Source: a virus. Taken from it: a stretch of 64,000 bases of DNA. The stretch is from IMG/VR virus record IMGVR_UViG_3300045988_148502; one strand, given 5' to 3'. Made by a program: the position numbers and the translations under genes. Of the stretch, positions 63,958 to 64,000 are shown in pieces (positions within the stretch are counted from its first letter, which is position 1; each line of letters begins with the position of its first letter). Below the pieces are notes generated by a model. It was not told the DNA's origin, did not search any database, and saw only the letters and a program-made list of their open reading frames with translations.

Positions 63958-64000
63958 ATCGTTCTATGTCTTTATTATATTATTATTTAAATTTATTCCA

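Larger units (their letters stand above)
1..64000. mobile_element. Temperate tailed-phage genome segment (prophage or phage contig), Bacteroidota-like
   Basis: Phage gene content across the whole window: TerL, portal, capsid, scaffold, amidase, DGR, integrase, repressor-like HTH. No recognisable host housekeeping genes. TTTG/TAnnTTTG promoter motif and ATGA-coupled gene trains. Confidence 0.8.

Overview
The window reads as one nearly continuous temperate tailed-phage genome (a prophage or a phage contig). Its style is Bacteroidota-like: a TTTG/TAnnTTTG promoter motif, tightly coupled ATGA gene junctions, and an integrase with a Bacteroides-type arm-binding N-terminus. I see no clear host housekeeping genes.

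Gene layout, left to right:
- 333-1686 (-): a repressor-led operon with two cargo genes.
- 1828-19806 (+): a long early/middle operon. It holds a tRNA-like gene, an SbcC-like ATPase / RecT-like / MBL recombination module, HU, VRR-NUC, a replication initiator with a DnaC-like loader, a C5 DNA methyltransferase, a PAPS-reductase-like enzyme, many small ORFs, and an 898-aa protein.
- 19901-37749 (-): a late block. It holds three tandem paralogs, a lysis cassette with an amidase, a diversity-generating retroelement (DGR), a 2645-aa fibre, the capsid and the scaffold.
- 37870-41446 (+): a rhomboid-like protein and the large terminase.
- 41484-61373 (-): the portal, a 5391-aa polyvalent protein and two more proteins.
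- 61901-62312: an array of direct repeats next to a tyrosine integrase (62476-63957, -).

Most notable observations:
1. A complete DGR. The 116-nt TR and VR differ at 17 positions, all at TR adenines. It targets the C-terminus of the 2645-aa fibre. A HigB/HigA-like toxin-antitoxin pair sits between VR and TR where an Avd gene is usually found.
2. The C5-methyltransferase gene appears to carry protein-like information in two frames over about 975 nt. Catalytic motifs I-VIII and X lie in frame 0. Repeated LLPTP motifs and an MGFPPDWT segment lie in the +1 frame.
3. A second +1-frame ORF (119 aa) exactly fills the low-complexity linker between the methyltransferase and helicase domains of the polyvalent protein.
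4. A tRNA-like gene has canonical acceptor, D and T arms but a roughly 21-nt anticodon loop.
5. Five direct repeats of about 32 bp (palindrome plus ATAAATGTACA box) sit beside the 3' end of the integrase.

Every call comes from reading the sequence and from motif-level recall. No database search was run.
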